The notes under the pieces were generated by a model. The model was not told the DNA's origin and ran no database searches. It worked only from the letters and a program-made list of their open reading frames with translations. A stretch of 64,000 nt of DNA from an uncultured Chloroflexia bacterium (lineage in GTDB: Bacteria; Chloroflexota; Limnocylindria; Limnocylindrales; CSP1-4), in the NCBI GenBank assembly GCA_963745405.1, contig CAVUWY010000002.1:2071544-2135543 (forward strand), given 5' to 3'. Positions 1-9,137 of the stretch are shown here, one piece after another. Every line of letters starts with the position of its first letter. Position 1 is the stretch's first letter. The position numbers and the translations under genes are program-made.

Positions 1-1893
1 GCGGCGATGGCCGGCGCCTCGATACCGCTCACCCCGGCCGTCCACCAGATGATCGACATCGGTCCGGTCCCCCAGTTCGAGCACACGACCAGGGAGGTCG
101 GCTACCCGATCATCCGGGACATGGATACGAACATGTACGAGCGGCAGCATGGGACGGGCTTCGAGATCGGCTCGTACGCCCACCGGGCGATCCTCATGGA
201 TCCCGAGGACATCCCATCGATCGCCTCGGCCGCCCTGTCGCCGACGATGCTGCCGTTCACCCAGGAGGATTTCGACCCCCAGCTCGAGGATGCGCTCGAG
301 CTGTTCCCCGAGATCGTCGGCGACGAGTCGGTCGGGGTGAAGCTCGCCATCAACGGCCTCCTCTCGCTGACGCCGGACGGCAACCCGATCATCGGCGAGA
401 CGCCCGAGGTGAAGAACCTCTGGTCGGTCGCGGCGATCTGGATCAAGGAGGCGCCGGGGATCGCCAAGACGGTCGCCGAGTGGATGACGACCGGCGAGCC
501 CGAGATCGACCCCCACGGCTCCGACATCGCCCGCTTCTACGACCACCACAAGACGGCCCAGCACATCGCCGCGCGGACGACCGAGGGCTACAACAAGACC
601 TACGGCATCGTCCACCCGAACGAGCAGTGGGCCTCGAACCGGCCGATCCGGCTGTCGCCGGCGTACGACCGCCAGGTCGCCCTCGGCGCGGAGTTCTTCG
701 AGGCGGCCGGCTGGGAGCGGCCGTACTGGTACGAGTCGAACCGCCCGCTGCTCGAGGAGTTCGGCGACGCGGTGATGCCGCGAGCCGCCGAGTGGGAGTC
801 GCGCTGGTGGTCGCCGATCATCAACGCCGAGCACCTGGCGATGCGCGACCGGGTCGGGCTGGTCGACCTGTCGGCGTTCGCGATCTTCGACGTGACGGGC
901 CCCGGATCGGCGGCCGCCCTCGAGCGGCTGTGCGTGAACAAGGTCGACGTGGCGCCGGGCCGGACCGTCTACACGCCGCTCCTCGACCCGGCCGGCGGGA
1001 TCCTCGCCGACCTCACGATCATGCGGCTCGGCGACGACCGGTTCCGGGTCGTGACCGGCGGCGGCATGGGGATGCGCGACCGCAAGATCTTCGCCGACGG
1101 CATGCCGGCCGACGGCTCGGCCCAGCTCCACGACGCCACGAACCAGTGGACGACGATCGGCCTGTGGGGCCCGCGGGCCCGCGACGTCCTCTCGTCGGTG
1201 ACGTCTGCGGACGTCAGTCACGCCGGGTTCCCGTTCCTGACCTCGAAGACGGTCGACATCGACGGGGTCCGGACCCTCGCCTCGCGGATCAGCTACGTCG
1301 GCGAGCTCGGCTGGGAGATCTACGTCCCGATCGAGCAGGGACGGCGGGTCTGGGACGCGCTCTGGGAGGCCGGTCGTCCGCACCGGATGGTGCCGGTCGG
1401 GATCGGCGCGTACGCGGTCACGGCTCGGCTCGAGAAGGGCTACCGGGCCCACGGCGCGGAGCTCGAGCTCGACTTCGACCTCGTCGAGGCCGGGATGGCC
1501 CGACCGACGGTCAAGGACGCTGAGTTCGTCGGGAAGGCGGCCTATGTCGAGCAGCGCTCGGCGGCGCCGGCGGCGATCCTCTGCACGCTCACCGTCGACG
1601 ACCCGACGTCGAAGAGCGGCGTCAAGCGCTACATGCTCGGCCGCGAGCCGGTCCTCACGGCGTCCGGCGAGTCGATCGTGGACGCCAAGGGCCGCCGCTC
1701 GTACGTGACGAGCGCCGGCTCGGGCCCGTCGGTCGGCAAGCACCTCCTCATGGCCTACCTCACCGCCGGCCGAGGCGGTCGAGGGGAACCGGCTCCTGGT
1801 CGAGTACTTCGGCGAGCGCTACCCGGTCACCGTTGCGGTCGTCGGCAGCCGACGCCGCTCTTCGACCCGGAGAACGCGCGGATCCGTTCCTGA
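1..1893 (+). CDS. FAD-dependent oxidoreductase fused to an aminomethyltransferase (GcvT-like) folate-binding domain, dimethylglycine/sarcosine dehydrogenase family. The 5' end lies outside the window. The C-terminus probably carries a compensating +1/-1 indel pair near 1766 and 1845.
   Basis: ORF 7..1893 translation shows a DAO-type C-terminal half followed by a GcvT fold (ISYVGELGWEIY, GAYAVTARLEKGY). An alternative frame between about 1766 and 1845 reads EAVEGNRLLVEYFGERYPVTVAVVGS, a canonical GcvT C-terminal barrel, before returning to PLFDPENARIRS. Confidence 0.8.
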   Translation, partial: AAMAGASIPLTPAVHQMIDIGPVPQFEHTTREVGYPIIRDMDTNMYERQHGTGFEIGSYAHRAILMDPEDIPSIASAALSPTMLPFTQEDFDPQLEDALELFPEIVGDESVGVKLAINGLLSLTPDGNPIIGETPEVKNLWSVAAIWIKEAPGIAKTVAEWMTTGEPEIDPHGSDIARFYDHHKTAQHIAARTTEGYNKTYGIVHPNEQWASNRPIRLSPAYDRQVALGAEFFEAAGWERPYWYESNRPLLEEFGDAVMPRAAEWESRWWSPIINAEHLAMRDRVGLVDLSAFAIFDVTGPGSAAALERLCVNKVDVAPGRTVYTPLLDPAGGILADLTIMRLGDDRFRVVTGGGMGMRDRKIFADGMPADGSAQLHDATNQWTTIGLWGPRARDVLSSVTSADVSHAGFPFLTSKTVDIDGVRTLASRISYVGELGWEIYVPIEQGRRVWDALWEAGRPHRMVPVGIGAYAVTARLEKGYRAHGAELELDFDLVEAGMARPTVKDAEFVGKAAYVEQRSAAPAAILCTLTVDDPTSKSGVKRYMLGREPVLTASGESIVDAKGRRSYVTSAGSGPSVGKHLLMAYLTAGRGGRGEPAPGRVLRRALPGHRCGRRQPTPLFDPENARIRS

Positions 1894-1915
1894 CCATGCG
1901 GACGACCCCCTCGCG

Positions 1916-2737
1916 ATGAACGTCCTCGTCTGCGTCAAGCGGGTCCCGGCGACGGGCGACCGGATCAACCTCACCGCCGACGCGATGGACGTCGACACGA
2001 AGTTCCTCGGCTTCACCGTGAGCCCCCACGAGGAGTGCGCCGAGGAGGAGGCCGTCCGCATCGTCGAGGCCCACGGCGGCTCCTCGACCGTGCTCACCCT
2101 CGGCGGGCCCGAGAGCGAGGAGCAGCTCCGCGACGCGATGGCCATCGGCATCGACCGGGCCATCCTCCTCGAGACCGACGGCGTCGAGTGGGACCCGATG
2201 GCGACCGCCGCCGCGATCGTCGACGCGATCCGCGTCCGCGAGGCCGCCGATGGGCCGTTCGACCTCGTCATGTTCGGCAACGAGGCCGCCGACAGCGGCG
2301 ACTACCAGGTCGGAGTGCGGGTCGCGGTCGCCCTCGACCGGCCGTGCGTGACCGGGATCAAGGGGCTCGAGATCGGCGACGGTTCTGTCGCGGCACGACG
2401 CGAGGCGGGTGGCGGCTGGGAGGTCTACGAGCTGCCGACGCCGGCGGTCGTGTCGGTCAAGGAGGGCATCAACCTGCCGCGCTACCCGTCTGTGCCGGGG
2501 CGGCTGCGGGCCCGCAAGAAGGAGGTCGAGCGGATCGTCCCGACGAAGTCCGCGGGGGCGGGTGGAGCCGCCGGCTCGGAGGGCACCAGCGGCCCGGTGA
2601 AGCTCGGCCTCCGCCTGCCGGTCCGGACCGAGACGACGGCCGAGATCCTCGGCACCGGTCCCGACGCCGCGCCGGCCGTGGTGGAGCTCCTTCGCACGCT
2701 CGGGCTCCTCGAGGGATCGTCGGGAGCGGACGCATGA
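1916..2737 (+). CDS. etfB: electron transfer flavoprotein beta subunit
   Basis: 273 aa, MNVLVCVKRVP...DGPFDLVMFGNEAADSGDYQVG is a typical EtfB/FixA. It sits immediately downstream of the ETF-dependent dehydrogenase. Confidence 0.85.
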   Translation: MNVLVCVKRVPATGDRINLTADAMDVDTKFLGFTVSPHEECAEEEAVRIVEAHGGSSTVLTLGGPESEEQLRDAMAIGIDRAILLETDGVEWDPMATAAAIVDAIRVREAADGPFDLVMFGNEAADSGDYQVGVRVAVALDRPCVTGIKGLEIGDGSVAARREAGGGWEVYELPTPAVVSVKEGINLPRYPSVPGRLRARKKEVERIVPTKSAGAGGAAGSEGTSGPVKLGLRLPVRTETTAEILGTGPDAAPAVVELLRTLGLLEGSSGADA

Positions 2738-3723
2738 TCCTCGTCTTCGTCGAGCACGCCGACGGTCGGCCCGACCTCACGTCGCTCGAGGCGATCGCCC
2801 TCGCCCGCGGCATCGCCGGATCGGCCGGCCTGCCGCTCCACGCGGCGGTCGTCGGTCCGGGCGGTGCGGGGGCCGCCGCACCGCTCGCCGCCCATGGAGT
2901 CGACACGATCCATGCGGTCGAGCATCCGGGGCTCGACGAGTACGCGCCGGCCGGCTGGGCTGCGGGGCTCGCGGCGCTGACAGCGTCCATCGCGCCGGCG
3001 GCGGTCATCGCATCGGGCACGGAACGGGGAGCCGAGGTGATGGCCCACCTCGCCGCCCGGGCGGGCCTCCCGCTGGCAGCGAACTGCACCGAGGTGCGGG
3101 CGAGCGGCCCGGCCGCCGCCGATACCTGGCAGGTCACCCGTCAGCGCTGGGGCGGCAGCCTCCTCGAGGATGCCCGGCTCGACGGGACGCCGCGGCTGCT
3201 CACCGTGGCGCCGCATGCGGTCGGCGCCGAGGATGCCGTGACAGCCGGGCGCGGTGCCGTCGAGTCGTTCGCGGCGGAGCTGTCGGAGCGCGACCTGGCG
3301 GTCCGCGTCGTCCGGCGGGTCGCCCCGGATAGCGGCACGGTCTCGCTGGCCGACGCCAGGGTCGTCGTCGGCGGGGGGAGAGGAGTCGGCAGTTCCGAGG
3401 CCTTTGGCCAGATCGTCGAGCTCGCCGCGCTCCTCGGCGGCGCCGTCGGCGTCTCCCGGGCCGTCACGAGCGCCGGCTGGCGGCCGCATGCCGAGCAGGT
3501 GGGCCAGACGGGGATGCGCATCGCCCCCGAGCTGTACATCGCCTGCGGCATCAGCGGGGCGATCCAGCACATGGTCGGGGCCCGGACGGCGAAGCGGATC
3601 CTCGCCATCAACACCGACCGCGAGGCCCCGATGGTGACCCAGGCGACCTACGCGGTGATCGGCGACCTCCACGCGATCGTGCCGGCCATCAACGCAGAGA
3701 TCCGCCGGACCACGGGCCGGTAG
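2734..3723 (+). CDS. etfA: electron transfer flavoprotein alpha subunit
   Basis: ATGA overlap with the etfB stop. MILVFVEHADG...PELYIACGISGAIQHMVG is the EtfA FAD-binding signature. Confidence 0.85.
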   Translation: MILVFVEHADGRPDLTSLEAIALARGIAGSAGLPLHAAVVGPGGAGAAAPLAAHGVDTIHAVEHPGLDEYAPAGWAAGLAALTASIAPAAVIASGTERGAEVMAHLAARAGLPLAANCTEVRASGPAAADTWQVTRQRWGGSLLEDARLDGTPRLLTVAPHAVGAEDAVTAGRGAVESFAAELSERDLAVRVVRRVAPDSGTVSLADARVVVGGGRGVGSSEAFGQIVELAALLGGAVGVSRAVTSAGWRPHAEQVGQTGMRIAPELYIACGISGAIQHMVGARTAKRILAINTDREAPMVTQATYAVIGDLHAIVPAINAEIRRTTGR

Positions 3724-3821
3724 CCCGCGGTCCGGCGGTCGAGCCGATCAGTCGGCTTCTGCCGCTCTCACCCCCAGGGCGAGGGCCCGGACCCGCGATG
3801 GGCCGGATCGCTACGGTCGGG

Positions 3822-4373
3822 TCATGGGGTCGCGACGCTCCACACGCCGCCGATGCCCTGGCCGTTGGTCTGGCCGGCCGACTTGTCGCCGGCGAAGTAG
3901 TAGACGGGCTTGCCGTTGTAGGTGACCTGCGTGGTCCCGTCGTCACGGGTGACGGTGCCGATCGTGCCGCCGACGCCCGTGCCCGCGGTCGCTGCGGCGC
4001 CGGCAGGGAGGGTGAGCGGCGGCCAGTTCGTGGCGCACTGCCCGTTGCAGGCGCTCTTGCCCGGGGTCGTGTCCTTGGCGTAGACGTAGAGCGCCTTGCC
4101 GTCCGCGCCCGTCAGGTACGGACCGACGGCCCCGCTTGCGGCGGCGAGGGCGAGGCCTCCGCCTCCGGCGGCCTGCGACGCGGCGGCCGACGGGGCCGCG
4201 GACGCTGCGACGGACGGTGCTGTCGAGGGTGCCTCGGTCGGAGCGGCGGTGGGCGCGGCAGTCGGTGCAGCGGGCGTCGGCGTGGCGGCGCTCGAACAGG
4301 CTGCCAGGACGATCGCCGCCCCGGCGATCGCGGTCGCGAGGCTCAGCCTCGGTCCGGTGATTGTCATCGACAT
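3822..4373 (-). CDS. lipoprotein with two Yx(FWY)xxD repeats (COG4315 / PF03640-like secreted repeat protein)
   Basis: Signal peptide with lipobox (LAACSS) starting at MSMTITGPRL, followed by an Ala/Pro/Thr-rich linker. The two motifs are KALYVYAKDT and KPVYYFAGDK. Confidence 0.65.
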   Translation of the reverse strand: MSMTITGPRLSLATAIAGAAIVLAACSSAATPTPAAPTAAPTAAPTEAPSTAPSVAASAAPSAAASQAAGGGGLALAAASGAVGPYLTGADGKALYVYAKDTTPGKSACNGQCATNWPPLTLPAGAAATAGTGVGGTIGTVTRDDGTTQVTYNGKPVYYFAGDKSAGQTNGQGIGGVWSVATP

Positions 4374-4499
4374 CGTGTGTCTCCTCTCGGCCGTCGGGTC
4401 CCTCGTGGACTCGGTCCTGACGGTCACAGGAGCCATACGACGGGCGATGACGGAGCGGTTTCGCCCGCGGTCTCGGGCGTCGTCGATCGCCGTGGGCGG

Positions 4500-5045
4500 T
4501 CAGTCGGTTGAGGAGTGCCTGAGGTCCTTCCAGTAGAAGGTCGTCGGGGTGAGCGAGCGGTCGGGGTTCATCGCGTAATCGGGGATCGCGCCTGCCGCGC
4601 TCCAGCCGCGTCGTTCGTACAGGCGGACCGCCTCGGCCGTCGCGGTGTCCAGCGTGAGCAGCCAGCGGCCCCGCTCGAGGGCGACCCGCTCGAGCTCGGC
4701 CATGAGCGCCTCGCCGACGCCACGCCGCCGGGCCGTCGAGAGCACGAGCAGCTTGCTCACGGTCGCTCGGTGGGGCTGGTTGGGAAGGGTGTCGATGTCG
4801 AGCTGGACGGTCCCGACGACCGGCCCGTCGTCGACCGTGGCGGCGAACAGCACGACGACCCCGTCGGCGACCTTCCGCTCGATCCGCCGCCAGTAGGTGT
4901 CGGCCTCATCGGCGCTCAACGGCACGAGGAACCCGACCGATGCGCCGTTCTCGACCGAGTCGATCAACAGCTCGCCGAGACGCGGCCCGAGGCGCCCCAC
5001 GTCGCCCCCTTCGACGATCCACACGTGCGGGGGCCTTTCGCTCAC
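4500..5045 (-). CDS. GNAT family N-acetyltransferase
   Basis: 181 aa with an acetyl-CoA binding motif (RRRGVGEALM). Confidence 0.7.
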   Translation of the reverse strand: MSERPPHVWIVEGGDVGRLGPRLGELLIDSVENGASVGFLVPLSADEADTYWRRIERKVADGVVVLFAATVDDGPVVGTVQLDIDTLPNQPHRATVSKLLVLSTARRRGVGEALMAELERVALERGRWLLTLDTATAEAVRLYERRGWSAAGAIPDYAMNPDRSLTPTTFYWKDLRHSSTD

Positions 5046-5184
5046 TCGAGACCCTCCGACTCAGTGATGAGGACGAACGCGGCCACCGCGAACCCGAACA
5101 GATGGCGTCGCCGATCCATGATGTCATCCGCCCCACCGCGGCCGTCTGGGCACCGCGCATGACCGTCGCGGCCGTAGGCGGTGG

Positions 5185-5208
5185 TGACGTCATGACATCA
5201 TGACGTCA
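5185..5208. promoter_or_regulatory. near-perfect palindrome TGACGTCATGACATCATGACGTCA about 20 nt upstream of the relB-like start codon. It is a likely toxin-antitoxin autoregulatory operator.
   Basis: Inverted repeat read directly from the sequence. Its position overlaps the expected promoter of the RelB/RelE pair. Confidence 0.5.
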
Positions 5209-5226
5209 TAGCGTTAGACTCCTGCC

Positions 5227-5451
5227 ATGGCCAAGCGAACGACGATCTACTTCGATGAGTCGACCCACAAGGCGCTGCGACTGAAGGCAGCCGAGACGGA
5301 CCAGAGCATCTCGAGTCTCGTGACGGATGCCGTCCGCCGGACCCTGTCCGAGGACGCGGACGACCTGGCTGCCTTCCGCGAGCGAGCCGACGAGCCGAGC
5401 CTCGCCTTCGAGGACTTCGTCCGTGACCTGAAGCGGCGTGGCCAGCTATAG
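5227..5451 (+). CDS. type II antitoxin, ribbon-helix-helix (RelB/CopG-like)
   Basis: 74 aa (MAKRTTIYFDESTHKALRLKAAETDQSI), with a 14-nt overlap into the downstream toxin gene. Confidence 0.7.
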   Translation: MAKRTTIYFDESTHKALRLKAAETDQSISSLVTDAVRRTLSEDADDLAAFRERADEPSLAFEDFVRDLKRRGQL

Positions 5452-5695
5452 CGTCCGGATCCGAAGGACGGCGTCAAAGGAGATCGAGGCCCTGCCACTG
5501 CCGGATCGACGACGCGTCGTGACGCGGATCCGGGGCCTGGCTGACGATCCCCGGCCGCGAGGATGCGAGAAGCTGAGCGGCGCGGAGAAGTACCGCCTCA
5601 GGCAGGGAGCCATTCGGGTGGTGTACCAGATCGACGACACGGATCTGGTCGTGATGGTCGTGAAGGTCGGCCACCGGCGCGACGTCTATCGCTGA
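5438..5695 (+). CDS. type II toxin, RelE/ParE family
   Basis: 85 aa (MASYSVRIRRTASKEIEALPLPDRRRV...RVVYQIDDTDLVVMVVKVGHRRDVYR), the typical RelE fold pattern. Confidence 0.75.
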   Translation: MASYSVRIRRTASKEIEALPLPDRRRVVTRIRGLADDPRPRGCEKLSGAEKYRLRQGAIRVVYQIDDTDLVVMVVKVGHRRDVYR

Positions 5696-5713
5696 GGGCC
5701 CTGTCGAGCCGGA

Positions 5714-6736
5714 CTAGCGCCAGCCGAGCTCGGGGGCTACGTACTTGAGGATGCTCTCGACGGCGTGGGCGTTGTATTCGACGCCGAGCTGGTTCGGGAC
5801 GGTCAGCAGCAGTGTGTCGGCGGCCTGGATCGCCGTGTCCTTGGCGAGTTCCTTCACGAGGACGTCGGGCTCCGCCGCGTAGGACCGCCCGAAGATCGCC
5901 TTCGTCTGGGCGTCGAGGTAGCCGACGTGATCCTCGTCCTGCTGGCCGCGCCCGAAGTAGGCCCGGTCCCGGTCGTCGACGAGGGCGAAGATGCTCCGGC
6001 TCACGGACACCCGCGGCTCGCGCTCATGGCCGGCCGCCGCCCAGGCCTCGCGGAACAGCCGGATCTGCTCGGCCTGGAGCTCGTGGAATGGCACGCCGGC
6101 GTCCTCGGTCATCAGGGTCGACGACATCAGGTTGAGGCCCTGCTCGGCCGCCCACTCCGCGGTCGGGCGCGACCCCGCGCCCCACCAGATCCGGTCGCGG
6201 AGGCCGGTGGCGTGCGGCTCCGGGCGGAGCAGGCCGGGCGGGTTCGGGAACATCGGTGACGGGTTGGGCTCGGCGAACCCGGCACCGGTGATGACCTTCA
6301 GGAAGACCTCGGTGTGCCCGCGCGCCATGTCGGCATCGGTCTGGCCATCTGGAGGCGCGTAGCCGAAGTAGCGGAAGCCATCGATCACCTGCTCGGGCGA
6401 GCCGCGGCTGATGCCCAGCTGGAGTCGGCCGCCCGCGATGAGGTCGGCGGCGCCCGCATCCTCGGCCATGTACATCGGGTTCTCATAGCGCATGTCGATC
6501 ACGGCCGTCCCGATCTCGATCCGCTTCGTCCGGGCGCCGATCGCCGCGAGGAGCGGGAACGGCGACGCGAGCTGCTGGGCGAAGTGGTGGACCCGGAAGT
6601 AGGCGCCGTCCGCGCCGAGGTCCTCGACCGCCTCGGCGAGCTCGATCGACTGGATGAGCGCGTCCGACCCCGTCCGGACCTGCGAGTAGGGCGAGGCCGA
6701 CCAATGCCCGAACGAGAGGAATCCGATCCGTTTCAC
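5714..6736 (-). CDS. LLM-class (luciferase-like) flavin/F420-dependent oxidoreductase
   Basis: 340 aa of the luciferase-like monooxygenase family (RIEIGTAVIDMRYENP, LGISRGS). Confidence 0.8.
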   Translation of the reverse strand: MKRIGFLSFGHWSASPYSQVRTGSDALIQSIELAEAVEDLGADGAYFRVHHFAQQLASPFPLLAAIGARTKRIEIGTAVIDMRYENPMYMAEDAGAADLIAGGRLQLGISRGSPEQVIDGFRYFGYAPPDGQTDADMARGHTEVFLKVITGAGFAEPNPSPMFPNPPGLLRPEPHATGLRDRIWWGAGSRPTAEWAAEQGLNLMSSTLMTEDAGVPFHELQAEQIRLFREAWAAAGHEREPRVSVSRSIFALVDDRDRAYFGRGQQDEDHVGYLDAQTKAIFGRSYAAEPDVLVKELAKDTAIQAADTLLLTVPNQLGVEYNAHAVESILKYVAPELGWR

Positions 6737-6950
6737 ATGCGGATTCTAGAGGCGACAGCCTTGCGAGGCGCTGGCACGCTCGATGGTCCACCCGGGAATA
6801 TCGACAAGGACGGCCACCCTCGTTTCGGGGTATCAGTGGGGTCCGACGCCGCAGGATGGTCAGGGAGCCCTTCCCAAGATGGAACGGATTCCTGAGCGGT
6901 TGCCTCATACCGGGTAAGTGCACCGAGAATGTGCTGTGTAGGGAGGGAAG

Positions 6951-7508
6951 GTGAACCGCGACCTGGTCGAGCGAGCACGGGACGGCGATCATGCGGCCTT
7001 CTCGCTCCTTGCCGCAGCGGTGGCCGGGTCGATGTACGACACCGCCCGGCTCATCCTCCGGAGCGACGACCGCGCGGAGGATGCGGTCCAGGACGCCTTG
7101 ATCCAGGCCTGGCTCAACATCCGGGGTCTGCACGACCCGGCCCGCTTCGACGCGTGGCTCCGTAGACTGCTTGTCCGCGCCTGTTATCGGGCGGCGAAGC
7201 GCCACCGGGCCCGGGCTCTGACCGAGGTCAAGACGATCGCTACGGTCGAGCCGTGGGTCCCGGACGGGCAAGGGGCGGCTGCGGTTCGCGACGAGCTGGC
7301 CCGGGGGTTCCAGCGCCTCGATCCCGAGCAGCGGGCGGTGCTGGTCCTCCACTTCTACCTCGACCTCACCGACACGGAGGCGGCCGATGCACTCGGCATC
7401 CCGGTCGGGACGATGAAGTCACGACTGAACCGGGCGACATCCGCGCTCAAGTCCGCGCTGGCCGCCGAGGAGCGCCGCGTCGGCACCGTGGAAGGACGGA
7501 CGGCATGA
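6951..7508 (+). CDS. ECF (sigma-70 family) RNA polymerase sigma factor
   Basis: Region 2 (DAVQDALIQAWLNIRGL) and region 4 (LDLTDTEAADALGIPVGTMKSRLNRA) are present. A GGAAC-like -35 motif lies upstream at about 6900. Confidence 0.85.
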   Translation: MNRDLVERARDGDHAAFSLLAAAVAGSMYDTARLILRSDDRAEDAVQDALIQAWLNIRGLHDPARFDAWLRRLLVRACYRAAKRHRARALTEVKTIATVEPWVPDGQGAAAVRDELARGFQRLDPEQRAVLVLHFYLDLTDTEAADALGIPVGTMKSRLNRATSALKSALAAEERRVGTVEGRTA

Positions 7509-8983
7509 GCGGAGACAACATGTTAGAGCGAAGCGTCCGCGAGTGGCTCGAGGGCGAGGGCGGACGGGCAGCTCCGCCTCGTCTTGTGGAGTCCGTCGTG
7601 GACGCAACGGCGACGCGCAAGCCTCGACCCGCCTGGGCGGTCTCTCTCCGCGGGCAAGCCTATGGAGCGGCCTTTGGATCGACGGCTGAGCGCCCCGGCG
7701 CTCGTCCGGTCCTCGCGCTGCTGCTGGCTCTTGCGGTCATGATCGCGCTCGTCGCGGGGATTCTGGCGGCCGGCGGTGGCCCGCTGCGACGTGCGGATGT
7801 CCCGACGCCACCGCCGTCGGGGCCGGCTATCGTCGCGCAAGAGAGCCCGTCGGTCCAGCCCTCGGGCCCATCCGCGACCGGACCGACCCCTTCGACCTCG
7901 GCCCTGCCAGGTCCAACGGCGAAGATCGGTCACACTGGCTCACTCGCGTATCTCCAGGGTCCTGCCGATCCGTCGTCTGGCGATCCGGGCACGCTCTTTG
8001 TCGGCGACCGCGACGGGGCCCACCCTCGCCCGGTCGCGACCCAGGTTGACGAACTCTGGGGCTGGTCGTTGAGCGGCAGGTACCTCGCCTTCACTCGGCC
8101 CAACAGCAGCGCCGGGGGCACCGAGACCGTCAACGTCATCACTCCTGATGGGAAGTCGATCGGCTCTATCGACGGCGGAGAGCTCGGCGAGGTCCAGTGG
8201 TCCCCGACGCAGGACGTGCTCCTCGTGTACTCCGTCTTCCGCGACGCGTCACCGCTGCCGCACCCACTGGTAGCGCTCTACACAGCCGATGGCCTGCTCC
8301 TCAAGAGGGTCCCGCTGCCCCCCGATGTCTCGACGTTGACGCAAGGCATCGATTGGTCACCCGACGGGTACTCGCTCGCCGTCGCGGGATGCATCGGCTG
8401 CCATGGGGACAAGTACGACGACACGCCCGCCCAGTCATGGGGCCTCTGGGTCGTGCCGATCGACGGTCGTCCCCTAACGCAGCTGACCGACCCGTCCAAC
8501 GGCATTGTCAGCGGCCCGCGCTGGTCTCGCGACGGAAACTGGATCAGCTACAGCGCGACCTGCCTCTCAAGCGACGCGGGAGGCTGTCAGTTCGCGGCCT
8601 TCCGGGTCCACCCCGACGGCTCCGGTCGGGAGAGGATCCCGGACGCCCAGCAGTCGGGTCTCTTGTCGCCCGATGGTACGCACGTCCTGTTCGACCAGCC
8701 TCCGCCGGGCTCGCCCACGGGCAGCGACGTCGTCTACACGGACGTATACGCGTCGGATCCCGACGGCTCCCACCTCGTGCGACTCACGATGTCGGGCGCC
8801 CAGGCTGTCCCGCTCTCGTGGAGTCCCGACGGACGGCAGATTCTCTACTTGGTCGTACCGGTCGACCCGGCCGACCCCACTGCGTTGTTGCCGACAGCGA
8901 CATGGATGATGAATGCCGACGGCACCAACCAGCGGAAGCTCGGCACGCAGTGGCTCAACGCTGCCTGGGCGTCGTCACCGTGA
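7505..8983 (+). CDS. membrane-anchored protein with an extracytoplasmic TolB/WD40-like beta-propeller domain. It is co-transcribed with the ECF sigma and is a putative anti-sigma factor or sensor.
   Basis: ATGA overlap with the sigma gene. An N-terminal cytoplasmic segment is followed by a TM helix (VLALLLALAVMIALVAGILAA), a Pro/Ser linker, and repeated WSPDG / SPDGxxxxF propeller motifs. Confidence 0.6.
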   Translation: MSGDNMLERSVREWLEGEGGRAAPPRLVESVVDATATRKPRPAWAVSLRGQAYGAAFGSTAERPGARPVLALLLALAVMIALVAGILAAGGGPLRRADVPTPPPSGPAIVAQESPSVQPSGPSATGPTPSTSALPGPTAKIGHTGSLAYLQGPADPSSGDPGTLFVGDRDGAHPRPVATQVDELWGWSLSGRYLAFTRPNSSAGGTETVNVITPDGKSIGSIDGGELGEVQWSPTQDVLLVYSVFRDASPLPHPLVALYTADGLLLKRVPLPPDVSTLTQGIDWSPDGYSLAVAGCIGCHGDKYDDTPAQSWGLWVVPIDGRPLTQLTDPSNGIVSGPRWSRDGNWISYSATCLSSDAGGCQFAAFRVHPDGSGRERIPDAQQSGLLSPDGTHVLFDQPPPGSPTGSDVVYTDVYASDPDGSHLVRLTMSGAQAVPLSWSPDGRQILYLVVPVDPADPTALLPTATWMMNADGTNQRKLGTQWLNAAWASSP

Positions 8984-9137
8984 TCGTCTTGAGCGCCGAT
9001 CCTCGACGGGGTCACGTCGTGCGCCCTCCTCTTCCCTTCCTCCGTTGACGGTTCGGCGTTTAATCCCGATAATCTGACTCGGAATTGATCGCGCATGTCA
9101 TGCCAGCGCCGTCGTCCACCCACCCGTCGGAGATCAC

